Origin: Candidatus Eiseniibacteriota bacterium
Lineage (GTDB): Bacteria > Eisenbacteria > RBG-16-71-46
Reading direction: 5' to 3'
DNA: 64,000 bases
NCBI GenBank assembly: GCA_963776245.1
Contig: CAVZLN010000004.1
Location: 160,001-224,000 of the forward strand
Notes under the pieces: model-generated
Database searches by the model: none
The model's input: the letters and a program-made list of their open reading frames with translations, nothing else
Told to the model about the DNA's origin: nothing
Made by a program: the position numbers and the translations under genes
Shown here: one piece after another, positions 41,795 to 58,444 of the stretch
Layout: each line of letters opens with the position of its first letter
Numbering within the stretch: the first letter of the stretch is position 1

Positions 41795-41936
41795 CCTCGG
41801 CGACCGGGCCGAGGGAGGTTTTCCACGCAGGGGTCCGGACCGGGCCCAGGTCGGCAGGGTCGAACCCTGCTGTGACATCGACGCTTCGTGGGCGGCGCAA
41901 GGTCGCCGCCGGCGGAGCATGGAGGAAGTCCACTCA

Positions 41937-42680
41937 ATGACTCGTTATCTGGTGCCCATCGGTTTCGTCGCTGCGCTGGCAGCGTCGATCGGGATCTGGT
42001 TCGCGCTCCCCACGCTGTTCGGCGAGCAGGGGAACAACGTCAAGGAGGGTGGTCCGCTGGTGGCTGCCCTGATCATGCTCATGATCCTCGAGACGGCCTT
42101 CGTCATCGAGCGCCTCTGGAGCCTCAAGAAGGCGCAGGGCACCGGTCCGCTCCCGACCTTCCTCAACAACGTGCGCAAGTCCCTCCGCGACGGGAACATC
42201 CCGGGCGCGCTCGAGATGTGCAAGAAGCAGCGCGGCTCCGCGGCCAACGTCATCCGCGCCGGGCTGGAGCGCTACCAGGTGGTCAAGGCCGAGGGCGCCC
42301 CGAAGGACAAGATCGTCTCCGAGACGCAGGCCGCCATCCAGGAGGCCAACGGTCTCGAGGTCCCGCTGCTCGAGCGCAACCTGATCGCGCTCTCCACCAT
42401 CGCCTCGATCGCCACCATGATCGGGCTGCTCGGCACGGTGCTCGGCATGATCCGGTCGTTCGCCGCGCTCGCCAACACCGGCGCGGTGGACGCCACCAAG
42501 CTCGCGAAGGGCATCTCCGAGGCGCTCATCAACACGGCGGGCGGCCTGTTCGTGGCCATCATCGGCATCGTGACCTACAACGTCTTCGTCACCCGGGTGG
42601 ACGGCTTCAACTACATGATGGACGAGGCCTCGTACGAGGCCATCCAGTTGCTCGCCGGTTCCGCGACCGACAAGAAGTAA
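41937..42680 (+). CDS. exbB: MotA/TolQ/ExbB proton-channel family protein
   Basis: IERL, LERNL.ALSTIASIATMIGLLGTVLGMIRSF and GISEALINTAGGL. Confidence 0.88.
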   Translation: MTRYLVPIGFVAALAASIGIWFALPTLFGEQGNNVKEGGPLVAALIMLMILETAFVIERLWSLKKAQGTGPLPTFLNNVRKSLRDGNIPGALEMCKKQRGSAANVIRAGLERYQVVKAEGAPKDKIVSETQAAIQEANGLEVPLLERNLIALSTIASIATMIGLLGTVLGMIRSFAALANTGAVDATKLAKGISEALINTAGGLFVAIIGIVTYNVFVTRVDGFNYMMDEASYEAIQLLAGSATDKK

Positions 42681-42691
42681 GGAGCGAGACC

Positions 42692-43192
42692 ATGCTCAAG
42701 AAGATGCGCCGCATCGGCATCGCCATCGATATGACGCCGATGGTCGATGTGGCGTTCCTGCTCCTCATCTTCTTCATGACGACGACACAGTTCCAGCCGC
42801 CCGAGAAGGACCAGATCGCGCTGCCCCAGTCGAATTCCCAGGCCAAGGCCCCGGAGAGCGGCATCATCACCATCGCGGTCACCGCGGCGAAGCCCATCAA
42901 CGGGAACATCCCGACGGTGCGGATCGTCTGGCGGCAGGGTGCGGACGAGAAGGACGTCCTGCTGACGCAGTTGAACGTGAAGACCGACCTCGGCCCCACG
43001 CTCAGCCGCGCGCGGGCGGCGAACCCGTCCGCTCGAGTCATCGTGAAGATGGACAAGGCCGCACCATACGGGATCATGGCGGACATGATGAGCGGACTCG
43101 AGGAGGCGAAGGCCACCCGGTTCAACGTCATGACCGACCTCGAGGCCGGCATGGGCGGGTCCATGAAGCCCGCAGGCGCCGCCACCAAGTGA
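42692..43192 (+). CDS. exbD: ExbD/TolR family protein 1
   Basis: IDMTPMVDVAFLLLIFFM (TM Asp) and KMDKAAPYG. Confidence 0.88.
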   Translation: MLKKMRRIGIAIDMTPMVDVAFLLLIFFMTTTQFQPPEKDQIALPQSNSQAKAPESGIITIAVTAAKPINGNIPTVRIVWRQGADEKDVLLTQLNVKTDLGPTLSRARAANPSARVIVKMDKAAPYGIMADMMSGLEEAKATRFNVMTDLEAGMGGSMKPAGAATK

Positions 43193-43219
43193 CCCTGACT
43201 TCGAGGAGGGAGAGACATC

Positions 43220-43717
43220 ATGGGTGCAGTTGACGCCCCCCAACCCCGAAGCGGGGGGGGAAAGAAGGGCAAGAAGGGGATCCACCGCCCCAAACGTCGG
43301 GTCAACATCCGCATCGACATGACGCCGATGGTGGACGTGGCCTTCCTGCTGCTGATCTTCTTCATGGTCACCACGGTGTTCCGCACACCGCAGGCGCTGG
43401 AGATCAATCTCCCGCCGCAGGACGTGAAGATCGAGGTGGCCGAGTCGAAGGTGCTGATGGTGCGGGTGATGAGCGACCGACGGGTCTATTACCGCCGGGG
43501 CACCGACCCGTGGGCGCGCACGACGGTGGAGGACGTCCACAAGGTGTTCGCCCCCTACAAGGGGAACAAGGAACTGGTCGTGGTCATCAAGGTCGATCGT
43601 GAGGCGGAGTTCCGCAGCATGGTGGACATCATCGATGAGCTCGACCTGGCGAATCTCGGCCGGTTCTCGCTCGCCGAGTTGCCCCCGGAGGAGAAGAAGG
43701 AGGTCGAGCTCCTGTGA
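43220..43717 (+). CDS. exbD: ExbD/TolR family protein 2
   Basis: IDMTPMVDVAFLLLIFFM and F..MVDIIDEL. Confidence 0.88.
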   Translation: MGAVDAPQPRSGGGKKGKKGIHRPKRRVNIRIDMTPMVDVAFLLLIFFMVTTVFRTPQALEINLPPQDVKIEVAESKVLMVRVMSDRRVYYRRGTDPWARTTVEDVHKVFAPYKGNKELVVVIKVDREAEFRSMVDIIDELDLANLGRFSLAELPPEEKKEVELL

Positions 43718-44463
43718 CGCAGCCCACGACCTCTCCGAAGCAGAAGCCGCCGGGAGTCTCGCTGTTCGAGTTCATGCCCTACGGAGCGCCGGAGCTCCGC
43801 GAGGTGGCCAGGGATTACATGTTCCGGGCGGTCATGCTCGCGACCGCGGGGTACATCGTCCTCTGCCTGGTGTCGTTCGGCGGGTTCCTGCTCGCGAAGC
43901 GGGCGCCGAAGGAGACGAGCGTGATCGTGGTCCCGTACCGCGAGATCGCCGCGCCCCCGCCGCTCAGCAACGACGCGCCGCCGCCCCAGGTGGCGATCGC
44001 GATCCCGGTGGCGCCGCCGACCGTCGGCGTCGCCGTCCCGGTGCCCGACGCGGAGGCCCCGCCCGAGCAGACCATCGCGTCGCAGGAGGAGATCTCCCAG
44101 CAGACCCAGAGCGCTCCGATCACCGGCGAGGGCGAGCAGATCGTCGTGCAGCCGCCCTCGGACGACGAGATGCCCAAGCTGGGTGAATACGTCTACTTCG
44201 AGGAGATGCCGGAGGCGATCACGAAAGTGCCGCCGCAGTATCCGGACATCGCCCGTGAGGCGGGAGTGGACGGGGTCGTCACGGTCCAGGCGCTGGTGGG
44301 CAAGGACGGCAAGGTGAAGGACACCAAGGTGACGAAGTCCGTCCCGATGCTCGACGCCGCCGCGGTGGCCGCCGTGCGGGGCTGGGTCTTCAAGCCGGCG
44401 CTGTCGAACAACAAGCCCGTGGCGGTGTGGGTCGCCATCCCGGTGCGATTCAATCTCCACTGA
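43714..44463 (+). CDS. tonB: Energy transducer TonB
   Basis: YGA.ELR before the TM, Pro-rich linker, and TonB_C domain (PQYPDIAREAGVDGVV...WVFKPA....PV.VW..IPVRF). Confidence 0.9.
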   Translation: MTQPTTSPKQKPPGVSLFEFMPYGAPELREVARDYMFRAVMLATAGYIVLCLVSFGGFLLAKRAPKETSVIVVPYREIAAPPPLSNDAPPPQVAIAIPVAPPTVGVAVPVPDAEAPPEQTIASQEEISQQTQSAPITGEGEQIVVQPPSDDEMPKLGEYVYFEEMPEAITKVPPQYPDIAREAGVDGVVTVQALVGKDGKVKDTKVTKSVPMLDAAAVAAVRGWVFKPALSNNKPVAVWVAIPVRFNLH

Positions 44464-44481
44464 GCTGCGGTCGGAAACGCG

Positions 44482-44510
44482 AGGCCGGGGCCACCGCGCC
44501 CCGGCCTTTC
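44482..44510 (+). terminator. Probable intrinsic terminator after tonB
   Basis: AGGCCGGGGC-CACCGC-GCCCCGGCCT, a 10-bp stem running into TTTC. Confidence 0.55.
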
Positions 44511-44575
44511 GCGTGGTGCTGGTGGTCCCGTCGGCCCCGCCCGGGGAACGTTTTGCCGCGCCGGTCCGCGCCCGT

Positions 44576-44604
44576 TTGACCCCTCCCGGGCCCCCCTCTA
44601 GGCT
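44576..44604 (+). promoter_or_regulatory. sigma70-type promoter for the Yip1 gene
   Basis: TTGACC-17 nt-TAGGCT. Confidence 0.55.
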
Positions 44605-44657
44605 CGCGCGTTCGAACCCTCGTCGCCGTCCATCCCATCCCGCGAGGAGCGCGTCCC

Positions 44658-45422
44658 GTGACCGATCCACCCCCTGCGCCCGCCATGACCCCGGACCCGG
44701 CTCCGGCCCCGCCGGGGATGTCCCTGCTCGGACGCGCCGTGGCGGTGTTCGTCCGGCCTTCGCAGGCGTGGGGCGGCCTCGAGGACCGGTCGCAGTGGTG
44801 GTTCCCGTTCCTGGTCATGATGGTGGTGAGCGCGGCCTGGTCGGCGCTGCTCTTCCCGCGCGCCATCGTGCCCATGGTGCTGGAGAACCTCGAGGCCCAG
44901 GTCGCGAGCGGACAGGTTCCCGCGGAACAGCTGGTCGCCACCGAGCGCATCATGACCGGTCCGGTGGGCATCGCCTTCGGCGTGGGTTCGCAGACCGTGG
45001 TGCAGGGCGTGATGGTGCTGATCACGGCCGCGCTCGTGCTCTTCGTGGTGAGCTTCGTCCTCGGGGTCCGCTTTCGCTTCCGGCTCGCGCTCGAGGTCAC
45101 CTCGTGGGCGTGGCTGGTCCATCTCCCGGCCTATGTCGCCACCGGGGCGCTGGCCTGGATCAAGGAGTCGATGCTGGGGGTCCACGTCGGGTTCGGCGCG
45201 CTCCTGCCCGAGCCGGAGACGCCGTCGCGGATGCTCTATGGCCTCGGGAACGGGCTGGATGCGCTCGGCCCGCTGTCGGTCTGGCCGGTGGTGGTGGCCA
45301 TCCTGGGCGCGTCCGCGCTCTCGGGCGCGCCCAGGAAGTCCGTCGCCTGGGTCCTCGGCGGCCTGTATCTCGTGCTCAGCATCCTGCTGGCGGGATTGAG
45401 CGCGATGAACGCGCCGGTATGA
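44658..45422 (+). CDS. Yip1-domain membrane protein (YknW-like)
   Basis: R...VFVRPSQAW..L....WWFP start and about five TM helices; upstream of an efflux operon. Confidence 0.72.
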   Translation: MTDPPPAPAMTPDPAPAPPGMSLLGRAVAVFVRPSQAWGGLEDRSQWWFPFLVMMVVSAAWSALLFPRAIVPMVLENLEAQVASGQVPAEQLVATERIMTGPVGIAFGVGSQTVVQGVMVLITAALVLFVVSFVLGVRFRFRLALEVTSWAWLVHLPAYVATGALAWIKESMLGVHVGFGALLPEPETPSRMLYGLGNGLDALGPLSVWPVVVAILGASALSGAPRKSVAWVLGGLYLVLSILLAGLSAMNAPV

Positions 45423-45429
45423 TGCGATC

Positions 45430-45456
45430 CGCAACCTTTCGAGTGACCGAACGTAA
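45430..45456 (+). promoter_or_regulatory. ECF-sigma-like promoter upstream of tolC
   Basis: CGCAAC-16 nt-CGTAA, resembling the SigW-type TGAAAC-N16-CGTA consensus. Confidence 0.45.
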
Positions 45457-45505
45457 CTAGCCCACGTCCAGCGCCGTGCCCGGACGTCCAACCCGGAGGA
45501 GCTTC

Positions 45506-46900
45506 ATGAGGATGACGGAGCGGACCCTCGCGTACCTGACGCTCGCGACGGTCGCCCTGCTGGCGGCCGCCACCGCGGCGGCGGAGCCGCTGACGGTGGA
45601 GCGCGCGGTGGAGATGGCCCTCCAGCGGAACAGCCAGATCGTGAACGCCGAGGCGGGAGTGCTCGACGCACGCAGTGGGCTGTACGTGGCGTACTCGGGG
45701 GTGCTGCCGAGCCTCTCGGGCACCTGGTCGCGCGGTGGCCAGTGGGAGAAGAAGGGCGAGGGCGTGCGGTTCTTCGGCTCCAGCCGGTTCCCCACCCTCC
45801 TGAACGACAGCGAGGGCTACAACACCAGCCCGTCCCTCAATGGCCAATGGCCGCTCCTGAGTCTCTCGTCGCTCGCCGGACTCCGCTCCGCGCAGAGCGG
45901 GCTCAAGGCGGCTCGCTTCACTCGCACGGCGGCCTCGAATGACGTGGTGCTCGCCACCAAGCGGCAGTTCTACGAGGTGGTGAAGGCGGTGCGACTGGCC
46001 GACGTCTCGGCCAGCGCGCTGCGGCTCTCCCGGGACAACGAGCGCCGGGTCCGTGCGCTCTTCGAGGTCGGGTCGGTGTCGCGCAGCGACCTGCTCAAGG
46101 CCCAGGTGGCCACGGCGCAGAGCGAATTGGATTCGCTGACGGCGATCCAGTCGGTGACGACGCAGCGCGTGCTCCTGGCGGAGCAACTCGGGGTGGTGGA
46201 ATCCGAGATCGCCGACGTGGACACGCTGCTCAGCACGGAGCCGCAGGTGTTCGACGAGCCGACCGTGCTCGCCGAGGCCACCCGCGGCCGGCCCGACCTG
46301 CTGGCGGCCGACGCCGACTTGAAGTCCGCCGAGGCATCGCTGCGCTCCGCGAATCTCGCGCGGTTGCCCTACGTCATGGTGAACGGCGGCGCGACCTTCC
46401 AGCCGCGCTCGAGCACCAAGCAGACGGTCTACCAGACGGTCGATGGGTCCGGTGCGATCCAGGACCTCGCGACTCCGGACGTGCGGGTCGGCCGCAGCCA
46501 GGCGGACCTGGACTACAGCGCCTCCATCTCGCTCAATCTGAACCTCTTCAATGGGTTCCGCACCGAGTCCGAGATCGCCCGCGCCCGGGCGGGTGTGATG
46601 CGGGCTCGCGACCGGCGCGACGCGCTGCGGCGCAATCTCTCCAGTGAGGTGCACCAGGCGATCCTCACTCACCGGCAGGCGGTCGAGAGCGATCGGGTGG
46701 CGCGCCGCGCCATCGAGTCGGCGACCGAGAACCTCAAACTCACCCAGCAGAAGTACAACGTCGGGTCGGCGACCATCCTCGATCTGATCGACGCGCAGGT
46801 GCAGCTCCAGCGGGCGCAGAGCCAGGGTGTCGGCGCGCTCGCGGGGATCCGCGTGGCCGAGGCACAACTCGAGCGCGTGCGCGGCGGCGGGTCGCGCTGA
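45506..46900 (+). CDS. TolC-family outer membrane efflux protein
   Basis: Signal peptide, LTVERAVEMALQRN, two OEP repeats (FEVGSVSRSDLL; YNVGSATILDLIDAQ) and a GGAGG RBS. Confidence 0.9.
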   Translation: MRMTERTLAYLTLATVALLAAATAAAEPLTVERAVEMALQRNSQIVNAEAGVLDARSGLYVAYSGVLPSLSGTWSRGGQWEKKGEGVRFFGSSRFPTLLNDSEGYNTSPSLNGQWPLLSLSSLAGLRSAQSGLKAARFTRTAASNDVVLATKRQFYEVVKAVRLADVSASALRLSRDNERRVRALFEVGSVSRSDLLKAQVATAQSELDSLTAIQSVTTQRVLLAEQLGVVESEIADVDTLLSTEPQVFDEPTVLAEATRGRPDLLAADADLKSAEASLRSANLARLPYVMVNGGATFQPRSSTKQTVYQTVDGSGAIQDLATPDVRVGRSQADLDYSASISLNLNLFNGFRTESEIARARAGVMRARDRRDALRRNLSSEVHQAILTHRQAVESDRVARRAIESATENLKLTQQKYNVGSATILDLIDAQVQLQRAQSQGVGALAGIRVAEAQLERVRGGGSR

Positions 46901-46924
46901 CGGGTGTCCCCCCAGGGCGGAGGC

Positions 46925-48213
46925 ATGATGAAGAGCAAGAAGGCGATCTGGATCGGACTGGCGGTGCTCGTGGTGGCGTTGCTCATCACGGCGAACGTGG
47001 TGCGCCAGTCCCAGGGGAAGGTGGTGTCGGTCCAGTTCGCCCGGGTGCGGGTCGAGGACGTGACGGCGCGGGTGCGCGCGCCGGGCAAGATCGAGCCGCG
47101 GACCCAGGTCAAGGTGAGCGCCGACATCCCCGGCAAGGTGCTGCGACTGGCGGTCAAGGAGGGCGATCGCGTGAGGCGCGGCCAGCTCATGCTCCAGATC
47201 GACGATACCCAGTATCGTGCGCTTCAGGACCAGGCCCGTGCCGCGCTGGCGTCCGCTCAGGCGCGGCAGCGCGAGGCGCAGGCCGCCCTCAAGGTGGCCG
47301 AATCGAACTTCGGGCGCCAGCGCACGCTGTTCGATGAGAAGCTGCTCTCCACGGCGGAATGGGACCAGGCCAGCACGGCGCACGAATCCGCGCGCAGCCT
47401 CGGCGCCACCACGAGCGAGGACGTCACGCGGGCGCGCGCGGCGCTCGAGGGCGCGTCGGACAACGTCTCGAAGTGCAGGTTCCTGGCGCCGTTCGACGGC
47501 GTGGTGAGCGCGCTGAACGTGGAACAGGGCGAGATCGTCATCACCGGGACGATGAACAACCCGGGCACGCAGATCCTGGTCGTGTCGGACCTTTCGCGCA
47601 TGCTGGTGCGGGCGGATGTGGACGAGACCGACGTCGTGGACCTGCGGCTCGGCCAGAAGGCGAAGATCACGGTCGACGCACTCCCGGACACGTCGTTCAC
47701 CGGCACCGTGACGGAGATCGGCAACACCGCGAAGCGCTCCCTCACCGGGACCGAGGGCCAGACCAATTTCGAGGTCAAGGTGGTGTTCGATCACGATGTG
47801 CCCCAGGTGCGCCCCGGGATGACGGCGGATGTCGAGATCGAGACCGCCACCCACGCCAGGACGCACGCCGTGCCCATCCAGTCGGTCGTGGTCCGCACCG
47901 ACCGCGAGCTCGAGCGCGCGGCGAAGAAGGGCAAGGGCGCGAAGGCGCCCCGGCCGAAGGCGGGCGACGCGTTCGCGGCGGACGAGGACACCGTCGGGCG
48001 GCGCGACAAGGAGATCACCGGGCTGTTCGTCGCGAAGGACGGCGTGACGAAGTTCGTCCCGGTGCGCACCGGCATCGCGAGCGAGACCATGATCGAGGTG
48101 TTCGGCGAGCTGAAGGACGGCGACGTGATCGTCGCCGGACCGTACAAGGCGCTGCGCGAGCTCAAGCCCGGTCAGAAGGTGAAGCGTGAGACCGGGCCGG
48201 CGAAGGGGAAGAA

Positions 48214-48217
<4 letters not shown>
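46925..48217 (+). CDS. MacA/YknX-like periplasmic adaptor (membrane fusion protein)
   Basis: N-terminal TM, lipoyl halves (VKEGDRV; APFDGVV), alpha hairpin, VDETDV and RPGMTA. Confidence 0.92.
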
Positions 48218-48934
<717 letters not shown>

Positions 48935-48953
48935 CCGCGCGGGAGGAGGACGC

Positions 48954-50177
<1,224 letters not shown>

Positions 50178-50181
50178 GGCC

Positions 50182-51456
<1,275 letters not shown>

Positions 51457-51522
51457 CGGGTGGCGGAACGCCCGCCCGGGCGACTCGCCCGGAGCGGCCC
51501 GGCGGCGCGTCCGCCGGCGTCC

Positions 51523-51531
51523 TGATATGCT
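51523..51531 (+). promoter_or_regulatory. Extended -10 element just upstream of the uvrA ATG
   Basis: TG-A-TATGCT lies 6 nt before the ATG at 51538, with no Shine-Dalgarno sequence. Confidence 0.45.
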
Positions 51532-51537
51532 GCGCCC

Positions 51538-54420
<2,883 letters not shown>

Positions 54421-54424
<4 letters not shown>

Positions 54425-55527
54425 CTCCGACACCCTCCGCGACCGTCCAGACGTCCGCCACCGGATCCACGCGCACCACCACGATGAAGGCGGTGGTGAA
54501 GGCGCAGGCGGGCCCCGGCTTCGAGATACGCGATGTCCCCGTGCCGGTCCCCGGCCCCGGGGAGATCCTCCTCCGGGTCCTGCGCGCCGGCGTATGCGGC
54601 ACCGACCTCCACATCTTCGAATGGGACGCCTGGGCCCGGGGCCGGATGAAGCCTCCGGTCGTGGTAGGCCATGAGTTCGTCGGCGAGATCGTCGAACTTG
54701 GCCCCGGGGTGAAGGAGTTCATGCCCGGCGAGCGCGTCTCGTGCGAGAGCCACATCGTCTGCGAGCACTGCATCGCCTGCCGGACCGGCAACGGTCACGT
54801 GTGCGAGAACACCCGGATCCTCGGCGTCGACGTGAATGGCGGTTGGGCCGAGTACGTGGCGGTGCCGGCGTCCAATGCCTGGCGCGCCCCGGCCAACATC
54901 CCGCTCGAGGTGCAGGGCATCATGGAGCCGCTCGGCAACGCGGTCCACACCGCGTTCTCGGGCGACCTGTCGGCCTGCCGTATCGCCGTCACCGGATGCG
55001 GTCCGATCGGGCTGTTCGCGATCGGCGTCGCCCGCGCCGCGGGTGCCAGCCAGGTGATCGCCAGCGACATCTCACCCTACCGGCTGGAGCTCGCCCGCCG
55101 GATGCAGGCCGACGCGGTCATCGACGTGTCGAAGGAGAGCTTCGTCGAGCGCGTGCACGAGCTCACCGAGGGCCGCGGGCTCGACGGCGTGCTCGAGATG
55201 TCGGGGAACGCCAGCGCCATCCGTGACGCGCTCGCGGCGCTGCGCAATGGCGGCCGGCTCTCGCTGTTGGGGCTGCCGCGCGAGAACTTCGAACTGGACT
55301 GGAACAAGCTGCTGATCTTCAAGGGCATCACGCTCCACGGCATCATCGGGCGCCGCATGTACCAGACCTGGTACGTGATGGACAATCTGCTGCGCACCGG
55401 GCGCCTGGACGTGCGGCCCGCGATCACGCACGTGATGCCGATGGAGCAGGTGAACGACGCGATCACGGCGCTGCGCTCGGGCAACGCCGGCAAGGTGGTG
55501 CTGATCCCGTGGGGACAGAGCGCGTAG
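54421..55527 (+). CDS. tdh: L-threonine 3-dehydrogenase (alternative start at 54484)
   Basis: CGTDLHI..WD.WA, GHEF, ESHIVC..C..C......[14 protein letters not shown] and GR.MYQTW; followed by kbl. Confidence 0.94.
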
Positions 55528-55544
55528 CGCGCCAGGAGACTCCC

Positions 55545-56757
55545 ATGTACGACACGCTGAAGCCCGCGCTGATCGAGGAGATCGCGAAGATCCGTGAGGC
55601 CGGGCTCTACAAGGACGAGCGCATCCTCGCGTCGCCGCAGGGGCCGGCGGTGCGGCTGGCGGACGGGCGCGAGGTGCTGGTGTTCTGCGCCAACAACTAC
55701 CTCGGGCTCTCGAACCATCCGCGGGTGATCGAGGCGGCCCACCAGGCGCTGGCCTCGCATGGCTTCGGCCTCTCCTCGGTGCGCTTCATCTGCGGCACCC
55801 AGGACCTGCACAAGCAGCTCGAGGCGAAGCTCTCCGCGTTCCTCGGCACCGAGGACACGATCCTCTACGCGGCGTGCTTCGACGCCAACGGCGGCGTCTT
55901 CGAGCCGCTGCTGGGCGAGGAGGACGCCATCATCTCCGACGCGCTCAATCACGCCTCGATCATCGACGGCGTGCGGCTGTCCAAGGCGCAGCGCTGGCGC
56001 TACGACCACGACGACATGGCGTACGCTCGAGCGCTGTCTGAAGGAGGCGGTCGAGAAGGGCACCCGTCACCGGCTGATCGCGACCGACGGCGCGTTCAGC
56101 ATGGACGGCACCATCGCCGACCTGAAGTCGATCTGCGATCTGGCCGACCGCTACCGGGCGCTGGTGATGGTGGATGAATGCCACGCCATGGGCTTCCTCG
56201 GGCGCACCGGACGCGGCACGCCCGAACACACCGGCACGACCGGCCGGATCGACATCATCACCGGCACGCTCGGCAAGGCGCTGGGCGGCGCCATCGGCGG
56301 GTTCACCAGCGGGCGCCGCGAGATCATCGAGATGCTGCGCCAGCGCTCGCGCCCGTACCTGTTCTCGAACAGCCTGCCGCCCGCGGTCGTGGGCGCCGGC
56401 ATCGCCGTGATGGACCTGTTGTCGTCCACGACCGAGCTGCGCGACCGGCTCGAGGTCAACACGCGGCGCTTCCGCGCCGGTATGACCGCGGCCGGGTTCG
56501 ATCTCAAGCCTGGCGTCCACCCGATCGTGCCCATCATGCTGTACGAGGAGCGGCTCGCGCACGACATGGCACGACGCCTGCTCGAACGGGGCATCTACGT
56601 GATCGGGTTCTCGTATCCGGTGGTGGCCCGGGGCCAGGCGCGGATCCGCGTCCAGCTCTCCGCGGCGCACACCGAGGCGCACGTCGATCGTGCCGTGGCG
56701 GCGTTCACGCAGGTCGGCCAGGAGATGGGCGTGCTCAAGGGTGCGACCCGCGCCTGA
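55545..56757 (+). CDS. kbl: 2-amino-3-ketobutyrate CoA ligase (glycine C-acetyltransferase), one +1 frameshift near 56020
   Basis: [18 protein letters not shown] and NHASIIDG, then in the next frame [19 protein letters not shown] and [11 protein letters not shown]. Confidence 0.94.
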
Positions 56758-56866
56758 CCCGGTCGGCGTCGGGCGGGAGACGCGCGGCCCGGGCCCGCGT
56801 GGCGCGGCGCCCTCGCCCGCGCTCCCGCCTTCCGGTATGCTGCCGCGCGTCCTCGCGGCGCGTGGC

Positions 56867-56896
56867 TTGACCCCCGTCCCGGCCGTTCGGTAGGTT
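56867..56896 (+). promoter_or_regulatory. sigma70-type promoter for the gcv operon
   Basis: TTGACC-18 nt-TAGGTT, then a GGAG RBS and GTG at 56925. Confidence 0.5.
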
Positions 56897-56924
56897 GCGA
56901 ACGAATCCTTTCCTGGAGTGCATC

Positions 56925-58034
<1,110 letters not shown>

Positions 58035-58054
58035 GCCCGATACCGGAGGATCGC

Positions 58055-58444
58055 TTGAGTTATCCCGACGACATCCGCTACACGCCGGAGCACGAGTGGG
58101 CCCGGCTCGAGGACGGGATCGTGACCGTGGGCATCACCTCGTACGCGACCGAGCAGCTCGGGGACGTGGTGTTCGTGGAGCTTCCGGAGCTGGGCCGGGC
58201 GCTCGAGGAGATGAAGGCCTTCGGGGTGGTCGAGGCCGTCAAGACGGTGAGCGACCTGTTCGCGCCGCTGGCGGGCGAGATCGTCGAGGTGAACGGGGAC
58301 CTCACCGACAACCCGGCGCTGGTGAACCAGGATCCCTACGGCAAGGGCTGGATGATCCGGCTGCGGCCGCGCGACGCGAAGGATGTCGCGAAGCTCCTGA
58401 GCCGGGAGGACTACGAGCGCCTGATCGAGGAACAGCACGCATGA
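58055..58444 (+). CDS. gcvH: Glycine cleavage system H protein
   Basis: YTPEHEW, GIT.YA..QLGDVVFVELP, VEAVKT (lipoyl Lys) and VNQDPYGKGW. Confidence 0.96.
   Translation: MSYPDDIRYTPEHEWARLEDGIVTVGITSYATEQLGDVVFVELPELGRALEEMKAFGVVEAVKTVSDLFAPLAGEIVEVNGDLTDNPALVNQDPYGKGWMIRLRPRDAKDVAKLLSREDYERLIEEQHA

Noticed and set aside
41854..41870. tRNA T-arm-like hairpin GCAGGGTCGAACCCTGC
   Set aside because: No acceptor stem, D arm, anticodon arm or CCA around it. Kept only as part of the structured leader.
51457..51537. LexA/SOS box upstream of uvrA
   Set aside because: No palindrome matching LexA boxes I know (CTGT-N8-ACAG, GAAC-N4-GTTC).
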